DNA of 64,000 nt from an uncultured Gemmatimonadales bacterium (GCA_963833905.1 CAWHZQ010000009.1:90292-154291); one strand, 5' to 3'; shown: positions 47,635 to 57,683, counted from the stretch's first letter. Translations and numbers: made by a program. The notes: generated from the sequence alone by a model not told the origin.

Positions 47635-48249
47635 TCATGGTGACTGAAAAGATACTCCGCCCTTCGGGGCCAGGCTGTCGAGCGCCAGGTTGAGCAGCAG
47701 CACGTTGACCCGCGGCTCGCCGAAGAAACCGAACTGCCGGCCTGCCGTGTGCCGTTGCAGGATCATCCGGATCGAGTCCCCGGGCACGCCCCGCGCGCGC
47801 GCTACCCGTCCCACCTGGAGCTCGGCGTTGGCCGGGCTGATATCGGGGTCGAGACCCGAGCCGGAGGCCGTCGCCATGTCGGACGGAACGTGACCGCGGA
47901 CCGCGCCGTCTTCCTCGACTGCGGTCGCGACCGCTCCGGCGACCAGCGTGTCGGCGAGCTTCCGGTCGGTCGGGCCCTTGTTGGAGCCGGCCGAGGCGGT
48001 GGCGTCGTATCCCGCGCCGGCGGCCGAGGGCCGTGGGTGGAAGTACTCCGGCTTGGTGAACGGCTGCCCAATGAGGGCACTGCCCACCACTCGGCCGTTG
48101 GCCGTGACGAGGCTGCCGTGCGCCTGCCAGGGGAAGAACAGTTGCGCGAGGCCCGTCACGATGCCGGGATACACCAACCCGGTGAGGACGCAGAGCAGCA
48201 GCGTCAGGATGATCGCTGGACGGAGGTGCGTGCGAACGGTGGTTGGCAT
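47635..48249 (-). CDS. kdpC: Potassium-transporting ATPase subunit C
   Basis: Intact 204-aa ORF with GSLVTANGRVVGSALIGQPF, ASGSGLDPDISPANA and PRVNVLLLNLALD. Confidence 0.9.
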   Translation of the reverse strand: MPTTVRTHLRPAIILTLLLCVLTGLVYPGIVTGLAQLFFPWQAHGSLVTANGRVVGSALIGQPFTKPEYFHPRPSAAGAGYDATASAGSNKGPTDRKLADTLVAGAVATAVEEDGAVRGHVPSDMATASGSGLDPDISPANAELQVGRVARARGVPGDSIRMILQRHTAGRQFGFFGEPRVNVLLLNLALDSLAPKGGVSFQSP

Positions 48250-48252
48250 GGT

Positions 48253-50322
48253 TCAGACCAGCCCGAGAGCGTTGAGGAGGAGGTCGATCAGCTTGATGCC
48301 GGCAAAGGGCACGATGAGCCCGCCCAAGCCGTAAATCAGCAGGTTGCGGCGCAGGATCACGCCCGCCGCGGCCGGCCGGTAGGCCACGCCGCGCAGGGCG
48401 AGCGGGATCAGCGTGACGATGATCAGCGCGTTGAAGATCACGCTGCTCAGGATCGCCGACTTGGGCGACGCGAGGTGCATCAGGTTGAGCGCGCCGAGCA
48501 CGGGGTATGTCACGGCGAACATCGCCGGGATGATCGCGAAGTATTTGGCCACGTCGTTCGCGATCGAGAACGTGGTGAGCGAGCCGCGGGTCATGAGCAG
48601 CTGCTTCCCGATCTCCACGATCTCGATGAGCTTGGTGGGGTTGGAGTCGAGGTCCACCATGTTGCCCGCCTCGCGGGCGGCCTGGGTGCCGGTGTTCATC
48701 GCCACCCCCACGTCCGCCTGGGCCAGCGCGGGCGCGTCGTTGGTGCCGTCGCCCGTCATGGCCACGAGGCGGCCGCCCGCCTGCTCCTTCCGGATGAGCG
48801 CGAGCTTGTCCTCCGGCCGCGCCTCGGCCAGGAAGTCGTCCACCCCTGCCTCGGCCGCGATGGCGGCGGCGGTGAGCGGGTTGTCGCCCGTGATCATGAC
48901 GGTGCGGATGCCCATCGCGCGCAGGCGGTCGAACCGCTCCTTCATTCCGCCCTTCACCACGTCCTTCAAGTGCACGGCGCCGAGCACGCGGGTACCGCCG
49001 TTCTGCCGCTCGGCCACGACCAGCGGCGTGCCGCCCTGCCGCGCGATGGACTCGACGACGACGGTGGTCTCGGGCGGCATGAGGCCGCCGGTCTCGGTTA
49101 CCCAGCGGGCGATCGCGTCGGCCGCGCCCTTCCGGAGCTGGGTGGTGCCGAAGTTGACGCCGCTCATCCGCGTGGCGGCGGAGAACGGCACGAAGGTCAT
49201 CACGGGCCGGCCGTCGTCGCCACCCGTGGTCCGGCCGCGGAGGCCGAACCGCTCCTTCGCCAGCACCACGATGCTCCGGCCCTCGGGCGTTTCGTCCGGC
49301 AGCGAGGCGAGCTGCGAGCGCTCGGCCAGGTCCTCGATGCGCACGTTGCCCACCGGCAGGAACTCGACCGCCTGCCGGTTGCCGAGCGTGATCGTGCCGG
49401 TCTTGTCGAGCAGCAGGGTGTCGACATCGCCTGCCGCCTCGACGGCGCGGCCGCTCATGGCGATCACGTTCTGTTGAATCAACCGGTCCATGCCCGCGAT
49501 GCCGATCGCCGAGAGCAGGCCGCCGATGGTGGTGGGGATGAGGCAGACGAGCAGGGCGACGAGCACCGGCATCGCCACCGACCCGCCGCTGTAGACGGCA
49601 AACGGCTGCAGCGTCACGACCGCGAGCAGGAACACGACCGTGAGGCCCGAGAGCAGGATCGTGAGCGCGATCTCGTTCGGCGTCTTCTGGCGGCTGGCGC
49701 CTTCGACCAGCGCGATCATCCGATCGATGAACGTCTCGCCCGGATTGGCCGTCACGCGGATGACCAGCCAGTCGGAGAGGACACGGGTCCCGCCGGTGAC
49801 CGCCGAGCGGTCGCCGCCGGACTCGCGGATGACGGGCGCGCTCTCGCCGGTGATCGCCGACTCGTCCACCGACGCGACGCCTTCGACCACCTCGCCGTCG
49901 GAGGGGATGAGGTTGCCGGCCGTGACGATCACGTGGTCGCCGCTGCGAAGCTCGGTGGCGAATACCTGCAGGAAGTCGAGGTGATCGGCCGGATCCCTGA
50001 GCCGCTTGGCCCGGGTCTCCTGCCGGGTGCCGCGGAGGGCGTCGGCCTGCGCCTTGCCCCGGCCCTCGGCCATCGCCTCGGCGAAGTTGGCGAAGAGCAC
50101 CGTGAACCAGAGCCAGAGCGCGAGCTGGAGCGTGAAGGCCAGGTCGCCGCGGCCGGTCGCCGCGTCCCAGACGAGAGTGAGCGTGGTCAGGGCGCTGCCC
50201 ACGAGCACCACGAACATCACCGGGTTCCGCAGCATGTGACGCGGGTCGAGCTTGTAGACCGCCTCGTAGAGCGCGCGCCGCACGATCGGCGGATCGAACA
50301 GGGGACGATTGGTGATGGCCAT
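48253..50322 (-). CDS. kdpB: Potassium-transporting P-type ATPase subunit B
   Basis: Intact 689-aa ORF with [21 protein letters not shown] and [18 protein letters not shown]. Confidence 0.95.
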   Translation of the reverse strand: MAITNRPLFDPPIVRRALYEAVYKLDPRHMLRNPVMFVVLVGSALTTLTLVWDAATGRGDLAFTLQLALWLWFTVLFANFAEAMAEGRGKAQADALRGTRQETRAKRLRDPADHLDFLQVFATELRSGDHVIVTAGNLIPSDGEVVEGVASVDESAITGESAPVIRESGGDRSAVTGGTRVLSDWLVIRVTANPGETFIDRMIALVEGASRQKTPNEIALTILLSGLTVVFLLAVVTLQPFAVYSGGSVAMPVLVALLVCLIPTTIGGLLSAIGIAGMDRLIQQNVIAMSGRAVEAAGDVDTLLLDKTGTITLGNRQAVEFLPVGNVRIEDLAERSQLASLPDETPEGRSIVVLAKERFGLRGRTTGGDDGRPVMTFVPFSAATRMSGVNFGTTQLRKGAADAIARWVTETGGLMPPETTVVVESIARQGGTPLVVAERQNGGTRVLGAVHLKDVVKGGMKERFDRLRAMGIRTVMITGDNPLTAAAIAAEAGVDDFLAEARPEDKLALIRKEQAGGRLVAMTGDGTNDAPALAQADVGVAMNTGTQAAREAGNMVDLDSNPTKLIEIVEIGKQLLMTRGSLTTFSIANDVAKYFAIIPAMFAVTYPVLGALNLMHLASPKSAILSSVIFNALIIVTLIPLALRGVAYRPAAAGVILRRNLLIYGLGGLIVPFAGIKLIDLLLNALGLV

Positions 50323-50323
50323 A

Positions 50324-52044
50324 TCAGAACAGGCTCCCGGCCTGCATGAGGAGGTGCTCGACGATCGGCCCGAGCGAGAGCGCGGGGAAGAACGTCAGCG
50401 CGCCGACGATCAGGATCACGCCGATCAGCAGCAGCACGAACAGCGGCGTCGTGACCGGGAAGGTGCCGGCCGTCTCGGTCGCCGGCTGCTGCTCCGAGAG
50501 GAAGCCGCCGAGGCGCGAGCATCGGCACGATCATGGCGAAGCGGCCGATCAGCGTGGCCAGGCCGAACAGGGTGTTGTAGTAGTACGTCGTGCCCGTGAG
50601 GCCGGCGAAGGCGCTGCCGTTGTTCCCGGGGGTGGAGCTGAAGGCGTACAGGATCTCCGTCAGCCCGTGCGGACCGCCGTTGTTGAGTCCCTTGAGGCCG
50701 GCCGGCAGCAGGGCCGATACCGCCGTGAGGGTGAGGATCACGGCCGGGAAGATGAGCACGTAGAGCATCGCCGCCTGGATCTCGCGGGCCCGGATCTTCT
50801 TGCCGAGATACTCGGGCGTGCGTCCCACCATGAGGCCCGCGATGAAGACGGTGATGACCACCATCATCAGCATGCCGTAGAGCCCGGCGCCCACGCCGCC
50901 GAAGATCAGCTCGCCGAGCTGGATGTTGAGCAGCGGGACGAGGCCGCCGATCGGGGTGAACGAGTCGTGCATGGCGTTCACCGCGCCGCACGAGGCGTCG
51001 GTGGTCACCGTGGCGTAGAGGGCGGAGTTGGCGATGCCGAACCGCACCTCCTTGCCCTCCATGTTGCCGCCGGGATTCCCGGCGGACGCGACTACGTCCA
51101 CGCCGCGCGCCGCGTGGATGGGATTGCCGCGCGCCTCGGCCCAGTAGGCGGTGGTCACGCCCGCCAGGAAGAGCACGAACATCGCGGACCAGAGCGCCCA
51201 GCCGTGGCGCTGGTTCCGCACCATGCGGCCCAGCAGGTAGGTCAAGGCGGAGGGGATCAGCGAAGATCGTGAACATCGACCAGAAGTTCGACCACGGCGT
51301 CGGGTTCTCGAACGGGTGGGCCGCGTTGGCGTTGAAGAAGCCGCCGCCGTTGGTGCCGACCTGCTTGATGGCCTCCTGGCTGGCCACCGGGCCCATGGCG
51401 ATCGTCTGCCTGGCGCCCTCGAGCGTGGTGACCTGGAGATACGGGATCGAAGTTCTGGATCACGCCCTGGTGCGCCATGATGAGGGCGACGACCAGCGAG
51501 AGCGGGAGCAGGATGTACAGCGTGCCGCGGACGAGGTCGGCCCAGAAGTTCCCGAGCGTGCCGGCGGAGCGCCGCGCGATCCCGCGGACCAGCGCGACCG
51601 CCAGCGCCATCCCGACCGCGGCCGACACGAAGTTGTGGAACGCGAGCTGGGTCATCTGCGAGAAGTACGACATCGTCGACTCGCCGACGTAGGACTGCCA
51701 GTTGGTGTTGCGTCGTGAACGAGGCGGCGGTCTCGAACGCCTGGCGATCCACCACGCCGGCCAAGCCCTGCGGATTGAGGGGGAGCAGCTGCTGGGCCCG
51801 GAGCGCCGCGTAGGTCAGCAGCATGCTCACCGCGCTGAACGCGAGCATGCCGGCCGCGTAGGCGGTCCAGTGCTGCTCGTGCGGCGGGGTCGATGCCGGC
51901 CGCGCGGTAGAGCAATCGCTCGACGGGTGCGAGCCAGCGGACCCGCCCTTCGTAGACGGCCACGAGGTACAGTCCAAGGGGCTTGGTCACGAGCAGGATC
52001 GCCAGGATGAAGAAGGCGATCTGCAGCCAGCCGTTGGCGGTCAT
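50324..52044 (-). CDS. kdpA: Potassium-transporting ATPase subunit A, 5 or more apparent frameshifts
   Basis: [27 protein letters not shown] (51652-52044), NWQSY-type segments (51257-51673), [19 protein letters not shown] (50425-51396) and a long middle part (50217-51977). The C-terminus [18 protein letters not shown]-stop at 50324 comes from my own translation. Confidence 0.85.
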
Positions 52045-52045
52045 G

Positions 52046-52135
52046 TCAGAACCTCTCCGGGCGGAGCAGCGAGTACATCAGGTACACGAGGACGGCCAGC
52101 GCCACGATCAGGCCGATCAGGGATTCGGCGCTCAT
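52046..52135 (-). CDS. kdpF: Potassium-transporting ATPase subunit F (29 aa); in frame with a further 37 upstream codons
   Basis: MSAESLIGLIVALAVLVYLMYSLLRPERF matches the KdpF pattern (single TM helix, ...YL..L.RPE.F). GAGGAG lies 6 nt upstream of the ATG at 52135. ORF 52046-52246 extends it in frame. Confidence 0.7.
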   Translation of the reverse strand: MSAESLIGLIVALAVLVYLMYSLLRPERF

Positions 52136-52362
52136 CGGTGGCTCCTCGTGGGTGGAGCGCTCGCCCAGGCGGCGAAGGGCGCGGACGTAGCCGAGCATGG
52201 CGGCGAAGAAGCCGAGCGTGCCGAGCAGGTAGAGCAGGTCTCCCATGGTGCCTCCTGGTATCTGGCTCAGAACCTATGGGTTGGCGCGTCAGGGCGGGGT
52301 ATGGACACGGGCGGGGGACGTCAAGGCCGTATCAAGGCGGCTTCGGTGATCATGATCATAGT

Positions 52363-52445
52363 CCATCACGAAGGCATGAGGACCGTGCGACTGAGAGTTA
52401 TCCAGACGTGACTGGTCCCTTCGTGTCCTTCGTGCCTTCGTGGTG
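52363..52445. repeat. Inverted repeat with triple CCTTCGTG octamer arm in the kdp/qor divergent intergenic region
   Basis: Left arm ccatcacgaaggcatgaggacc (52363-52384). Right arm ggtcccttcgtgtccttcgtgccttcgtggtg (52414-52445). CACGAAGG is complementary to each of the three CCTTCGTG units. Confidence 0.7.
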
Positions 52446-52463
52446 AAAGGCCAGCGATCTCAA

Positions 52464-53448
52464 ATGCGCGCAGTCGATCTACACCGGTGCCGGCGGCCCC
52501 GAGGTCATCCGGATCGGCGAGGTGCCCAAGCCCGAGGTGCGGCCCGAGCACATCCGCGTCCGGGTGCACGCCGCCGGACTCAACCGGGCGGACCTCATCC
52601 AGCGCCGCGGGCAGTACGCCGCGCCGACGGGGTGGCCGGCGGACATTCCCGGCATGGAGTACGCGGGCGAGGTCGAGGCGGTCCGCGGCACCTCCAAATG
52701 GAAGGTGGGCGACCGGGTGATGGGACTGGTCGGGGGCGGCGCGCAGGCGGAGCTGGTGACGGTGCACCAGGACGAGACGCTGCCGATTCCCCCCGGATTG
52801 TCCTACGCCGAGGCGGCCGCGATTCCCGAGGTGTTCCTCACGGCGTACGACGCGCTGGTGACGCGTGCGCGGCTCGCGTCGGGTGAGCGCGTGCTGCTCC
52901 ATGCGGTCGGCAGCGGCCTGGGGACGGCGGCAGCGCAGATCGCCAAGCACCTCGGCGCGACGGTCCTGGGCACGTCGCGCAGCGCGGACAAACTGGCGCG
53001 CGCCACCATCTACGGCCTCGACGTCGGGATCGACACCAGCCAGTCGGGCTTTCGGGACGCGGTGGGCGATCCGGTGGACGTGATCCTCGACGTGCTCGGC
53101 GGCCCCGCGTTCGCCGACAACCTGCACGTGCTGGCGCCGCGCGGACGGCTCGTGATGCTCGGGTTCCTGGCGGGCAGCCGAACCACGGCCGACCTGGGGC
53201 CGATCCTCCGGAAGCGGCTCGAAGTGATCGGCACGATGATGCGGATTCGGGGGCTGGAGGAGCGGGCGCCGCTGGTGCGGGAGTTCACCGAGCGGATGCT
53301 GCCGCTCTTCGACCACCGGATCGAGCACTCGACGCCGCTCCGGCCGGTGCTCGAGCGGACCTACCCGATGACCGAGCTCGCCGAGGCGCACCGGGCGCTC
53401 GAGGCGAACGAGACGTTTGGCAAGGTGGTGGTCGCCTGGGATCCGTGA
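52464..53448 (+). CDS. NADPH:quinone oxidoreductase (zinc-type MDR family), 1 apparent frameshift after codon 4
   Basis: ATG 52464 gives MRAV, then a frame change to IYTGAGGPEVIRIGEVPKPEV. This joins ORF 52522-53448 (NRADLIQRRGQYAAP, VLLHAVGSGLGTAAAQIAK). Confidence 0.8.
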
Positions 53449-54652
53449 GGGCGCGGCGCGGTGACCGCCCGGCCGATGGCCCCGGTGCCGTAGCGGGTAC
53501 GGATCCGATCGACAGCGGATGCAGGGGCGGGATGGAGGGACGGTGCAGCGAGGCGGAGTGCGCCGCGAGGGCGAGAGCCTCCGGGTCCGCCGGCTCGCCC
53601 TCGTCCCAGAAATCGATCTGCGTCTCCGCCTCCACGATCCGGTCGAGCGTGAGCGACACGCTCCGCACGGCGAGCCGCTTGGCGTTGGCGAGGGCGAAGG
53701 CGCGGCGGGCCGCCTCCCACAGCTCGACGTCGAGCGTGGCGGCCTTGAGCGTCACGGCGCGCGTGGCGTCGGTGTGGTCGGCGTAGCTGAGCGCCACGTG
53801 CAGGCGCTGGGCCACGAGCCCGCGCCGGCGGAGCCGGCGGCCGAGCCGCTCGCCCAGGAGGCGGAGCAGCGGGTACAGCACGCCGAGATCGTTGGTGTCG
53901 GTGGCCAGCGCGTGGGCCACGTGGAACTCGGCCTGCCGCTCGGGGGAGAGCACCGGCCGTGGATCGATGCCGCGCGCCTGCGCCCGCAGCGCGCGGCCGG
54001 CGCCGCCGAAGACGGCGCAGAGCGCGCTCTCGGTGATGGCGGCGACCTCGCCGATGAGATCGAGCTGGTAGTCGTCGAGCCGGCGGCGCATCCGGGGGTG
54101 GAGATCGGGGAGGACGTCGAGCGGATGCGGCGCGAGGAAGCTCGCCTCGTCGCCGCCGGGGACCTCGAGCAGCGGCTCGGGCTTGACGACGGTGGTGGCG
54201 GCCTGGCTCACCAGCTTGTTGGCGGCGACGCCGACCGAGAGGGGGAGCCGGAGCCGCTCGCGCACCTCGCGCTGCACCCGCGCGGCCACGTCCACCGCCG
54301 GCCCGAACAGCCGCCCGGTGCCGGTGAGGTCGAGAAAGGCGTGGCCGTAGCCGTGCGGCTCGATGACCGGCGCGTAGATCCGGAGCACCTCGTGGAGCGC
54401 GCGTGAGGCGCGGGCATAGAGCCGAGGATTGGGCGGGAGCAGCACGAGATCCGGGCAGCGCTTGAGCGCCTGGCGCACGGGCATCCCGCGCTCGATGCCG
54501 GCCAGCCGCGCCTCGGCCGAGAGGGCGAGGATGGTGGCGCGGTCGGCGCCGGGCGGCGCCACCGCGACGGGCCGCGTCCGGAGCGCGGGCGCGACCAGCC
54601 CTTCCACGGTGGTGCAGAAGGCGGGCGGGTCGACGAAGAGGACGGAGCGCAT
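53361..54652 (-). CDS. imuB: Y-family DNA polymerase homologue with degenerate catalytic motifs (ImuB-like); 3' end uncertain
   Basis: Internal Met of ORF 53285-55420: MRSVLFVDPPAFCTTVE...PVAVAPPG...PVIEPHGYGHAFLDLTGTGRLFG...LSVGVAANKLVSQAA. Where active DinB has SLDEAYLD, this protein reads GYGHAFLD. The C-terminal DRIRTRYGTGAIGRA lies in another frame. TAATG overlap with the upstream stop. Confidence 0.65.
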
Positions 54653-55683
54653 TACAGCAGGACCGGCTGCTCCTCCGCGGCAGGCGCGCGGACGTCTTTC
54701 CCCTCCAGCTGATGCCGTCGCCTCCGCCCTTCGTCCAGGGGAAAGCCGTGCTCGCGCTGGAGCTCCTGGAGCCGGGCGGCGAGCGCGCGCTGATACGCGG
54801 GGCTCGCGCCCTCGCTCCGCGCGTAGTGGCGCGCGTAGCGCTCGGCGAGCGCCGGGAACTCCTGGGTGAGCACGGGAAGGAAGCGGGACCGCGCCGCGGG
54901 ACCGAGCCGGAGCGCCGACCCGATCACGTAGCGGGCCCCGGCTTCCTTCGCCGCGCCCAGGAGCCGATCCAGTCCCGCGCGCCCGTCCGTGATGCCGGGC
55001 AGGATGGGCGCCACCAGCAGTCCCGCGTACACGCCCGCGGCGGTGAGGCGAGCCAGGGCGCGGATCCGGGCCTCGGGCACCGGCGACTTGAGCTCGAGCC
55101 GGCGCGCCAGCCGGCGATCCAGCGTGGCGAGCGAGATATTGACCGTCACCTCGTGCCGCTCGCCCAGGCGGCAGAGCAGGTCGATGTCCCGGGTGACGAG
55201 CGGCGACTTGGTGATGATGCCCACCGCGAGCCCGCGAAACTGGAGCAGGACCTCGAGGATCCGCCGGGTGAGCCGGAACCGCCGCTCGGCCGGCTGGTAC
55301 GGATCGGTGGCCGTGCCGATGACGAGCGAGTGGCCGCCGAGCCGGGCCGGATCGAGCGTGCGCGCCAGCACTTCGGCGACCCCGGTCTTCACCAGGATGC
55401 GCCGCTCGAACGCCTCCCACGCGGGCATCGGCTCCAGGGCGGCGCCGCTTCGCTCCATGGCGTAGCGGTGCGTGTCCCGCGCGTAGCAGTAGGTGCAGCC
55501 GAACTCGCAGCCGACGTACGGATTGATCGACCAGAAGCCCATGTGCGTCGCGGCCGCGCTGTTGAGCACCGACCGCACCGACAGCGCGAAAAACCGGGTG
55601 CCGCGCTCGCGCTCGTCGAGCACCTCCCAGCGGTGCTCCGCCTCCGGGGCGGACGGGAGGAGGTCGAGCTGCCGCGACGTCAT
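54652..55683 (-). CDS. Radical SAM protein, SplB/COG1533-like (DNA-repair photolyase family)
   Basis: Internal Met of ORF 54652-55902. INPYVGCEFGCTYCYAR carries the CX3CX2C cluster motif, plus VIGTATDPYQPAE. ATGA overlap with the upstream zinc-ribbon ORF. Confidence 0.8.
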   Translation of the reverse strand: MTSRQLDLLPSAPEAEHRWEVLDERERGTRFFALSVRSVLNSAAATHMGFWSINPYVGCEFGCTYCYARDTHRYAMERSGAALEPMPAWEAFERRILVKTGVAEVLARTLDPARLGGHSLVIGTATDPYQPAERRFRLTRRILEVLLQFRGLAVGIITKSPLVTRDIDLLCRLGERHEVTVNISLATLDRRLARRLELKSPVPEARIRALARLTAAGVYAGLLVAPILPGITDGRAGLDRLLGAAKEAGARYVIGSALRLGPAARSRFLPVLTQEFPALAERYARHYARSEGASPAYQRALAARLQELQREHGFPLDEGRRRRHQLEGKDVRAPAAEEQPVLL

Positions 55684-55829
55684 CCGCAGCGGGCCCACCC
55701 GCAGTGGCGGCAGCTCACGCAGCCCGAGGCGCGGACGAGGGGGCCGGCGCACTCGGGGCAGACGCGGACCACCGTCGGCGGGAACCCGGCGGCGCCGGCG
55801 GGCGCGGGATGGGGTGGAAGGGGGGACAT
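55680..55829 (-). CDS. Small zinc-ribbon protein (49 aa from second Met)
   Basis: MSPLPPHPAPAGAAGFPPTVVRVCPECAGPLVRASGCVSCRHCGWARCG has CxxC...CxxCxxC. GGAG lies 7 nt upstream of ATG 55829. The longer form from ATG 55874 would contain the putative operator. Confidence 0.5.
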   Translation of the reverse strand: MSPLPPHPAPAGAAGFPPTVVRVCPECAGPLVRASGCVSCRHCGWARCG

Positions 55830-55844
55830 GGGGGCATCTCCGTG

Positions 55845-55859
55845 CTTCGGTATTTGTTC
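55845..55859 (-). promoter_or_regulatory. Putative SOS (LexA-type) operator, CTTC-N7-GTTC, upstream of the zinc-ribbon/radical-SAM/imuB-like operon
   Basis: CTTCGGTATTTGTTC lies 16-30 nt upstream of ATG 55829. Its core is 15/16 identical to the site at the dnaE2 5' end. Confidence 0.5.
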
Positions 55860-55870
55860 GGTACACCGAT

Positions 55871-56214
55871 TCATAAATGCCGCCCGCGCGACCGTCTGTC
55901 AAGACCGCACCACGCCGAGGCGATCGTGACCGGATGAGCTACTGCGCTTACTGGAGACAGCGCCCGAGAGCTAGCTCCGCGCAGCAGCCAGGCCTCCACG
56001 AACGCGAGATTCGGCACCCAGCAGAGCCAAGCCACCACCCGGTAGGCATCCTCGAACCCGATCCCCAGGGCGAGCGAGAGCGGGAGGTAGATCCTGAGCG
56101 TCACCGCGGCCAGCGTGAGGAGTTGGTCTGTTTGGTGGCCAGGACCACGGCGAGGAACAGCCCTTGCCCGGCGCCGAGCAGGAGAAGGGTGTTGATCAGT
56201 TCGGCAGACTCCAT
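55871..56214 (-). pseudogene. Possible remnant of a membrane-anchored AraC-type regulator (N-terminal TM part only), 1 frameshift
   Basis: MESAELINTLLLLGAGQGLFLAVVLA (ORF 56101-56307), then LLTLAAVTLRIYLPLSLALGIGF (ORF 55871-56314). This resembles the N-terminal membrane module of some AraC-family proteins. No HTH follows. Confidence 0.25.
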
Positions 56215-56369
56215 ACGTGGCTCGTTGAAAGCCTCGTGAAGAGGAGGCCTTCCAAAGGCTCGTGCTGAACGCTGCGGAAGAGGAAGAACGGTGGGGCTTT
56301 CCCTCAAGATGCACCGTGGTCGTATCTCGGGCGAGGGGTGTGCGGTCGGCGTGTTCGCGTTATCCAGAC

Positions 56370-57167
56370 TCAGCGCGGCCCACCGGTATCAGGCCCCACC
56401 TTGCTGGCGTACCCGATGTAGGACACGGAGGTGTCGCTGCTCTCGCCGAGGTCCATCTCCCGCACGGCGGCCGCATAGCTGAGGAGGCCGCGTTTGCGTC
56501 GGCGCAGGGCGCGGATGAGACGGAGGGGGTTCGCACGGGGCTTGAGCCCGGTCAGCCCTCTCGGCACGAGACCATGGCGAACCACCTCGCGTCGAAGCTC
56601 AGCTGGCCGAACGAACATATTCCAGTCATGCAGGCGCGGCGGCATCAGGGCGGTCCAGCGCCATTCTTGAAGCAGCTTGATCACGATCAGCCGGCTCCGG
56701 AAGGTCCGGTCAATGGTATCATAGAAATAGGTGCCGCCAGGCCTGAGTACGCGCGCGGTTTCCGCGATGACCTGGGGCAAGTCCGTCACGTGTTCCAGCA
56801 CATCGCAGCAATACGCGATGTCGAAGCTTTCGTCCGCGAAGGGGAGCGCCTCTCCCGTCGCACAGTGGTACCCGATCGCGAGCCCTTGACCGGCTGCATG
56901 CATCCGCGCCACCGCCAGCGACTCCTCCGACGGGTCCACTCCCACCACCGCGCAGCCGAGCTGGGCGAACTCCTCCGCCAAGAGCCCCCCGCCACAGCCG
57001 ATATCCAGGACGCGGAGGCCCACGGGTGCCAGGTGCAGCTCCTCGATGAGCACGCGCCGCATGTAGCCGAACCGAGCGGGGTTGAGAGCGGCAAGCGCGT
57101 GCAGGAAACCATGCTCATCCCACCAGCTATCGGCCATTCGATCGTAGACGGCGTTGTCTACTGGCAT
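56370..57167 (-). CDS. Class I SAM-dependent methyltransferase (UbiG-like)
   Basis: Intact 265-aa ORF with LRVLDIGCGGGLLAEEFAQLG, FDIAYCCDVLEHV and LRPGGTYFYDT. Confidence 0.8.
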   Translation of the reverse strand: MPVDNAVYDRMADSWWDEHGFLHALAALNPARFGYMRRVLIEELHLAPVGLRVLDIGCGGGLLAEEFAQLGCAVVGVDPSEESLAVARMHAAGQGLAIGYHCATGEALPFADESFDIAYCCDVLEHVTDLPQVIAETARVLRPGGTYFYDTIDRTFRSRLIVIKLLQEWRWTALMPPRLHDWNMFVRPAELRREVVRHGLVPRGLTGLKPRANPLRLIRALRRRKRGLLSYAAAVREMDLGESSDTSVSYIGYASKVGPDTGGPR

Positions 57168-57191
57168 CGAGTTTCGCTCTGCCGCGCCTTC

Positions 57192-57683
57192 TCAGGTCAG
57201 ATCCTTCGCCATCCAGATGAGTGCCGTGCCGAAGAGATCGGCCTGCTCGCCCGTGCGCCGAAAGCCCGCCTGCTCGTACAGCCGGATAGCGGCTCCCAGA
57301 AAGGGCGTAGTCGTGAGCAACAGCCGCCGATACCCCTGGGGCGCCGCGAAGTCCTCGACTGCCCGCAGGAGTCGCGCAGCGATGCCCTGCCCTCGAGCAG
57401 TCGGGCGGACGGCCATGCTCCGAATGTAGAGCTCACCCGGGCGGGGAATCACGGAGACCGTCCCGAGCACCTGGAGGTCCCGCTCCGCCAGCCAGATCGG
57501 GCCTTCCTCAAAGCGGTCCGCCACCTGCTCCGGTGTCGGCGTGGTCGCCGCGAACGCGGGTGGTGTGTACAGGTCTTCGAAGTCGGCGAAGGCTGCACGC
57601 AATGTTGCGGCGATCGCGCCAGCGTCGCTCGGCCGCGCGAGGCGCAGGGTTATGGTGGGCTCACGAGGCGGGCCATCACTCAC
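57192..57683 (-). CDS. GNAT-family N-acetyltransferase
   Basis: Intact 163-aa ORF with YIRSMAVRPTARGQGIAARLLRAVEDFA and LYEQAGFRRTG. Confidence 0.8.
   Translation of the reverse strand: MSDGPPREPTITLRLARPSDAGAIAATLRAAFADFEDLYTPPAFAATTPTPEQVADRFEEGPIWLAERDLQVLGTVSVIPRPGELYIRSMAVRPTARGQGIAARLLRAVEDFAAPQGYRRLLLTTTPFLGAAIRLYEQAGFRRTGEQADLFGTALIWMAKDLT

Noticed and set aside
52247-52463. Possible c-di-AMP (ydaO-type) or other riboswitch in the kdp leader.
   Set aside because: I could not recognise the conserved ydaO/kimA core sequences or its pseudo-twofold architecture by eye. A covariance-model scan (Rfam/Infernal) would be needed, so I make no claim.
55877-56239. + strand 120-aa ORF between the imuB-like operon and the methyltransferase.
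   Set aside because: It has an Arg/Pro-rich composition and no motifs. The opposite strand holds a more plausible, though degraded, membrane-protein remnant.
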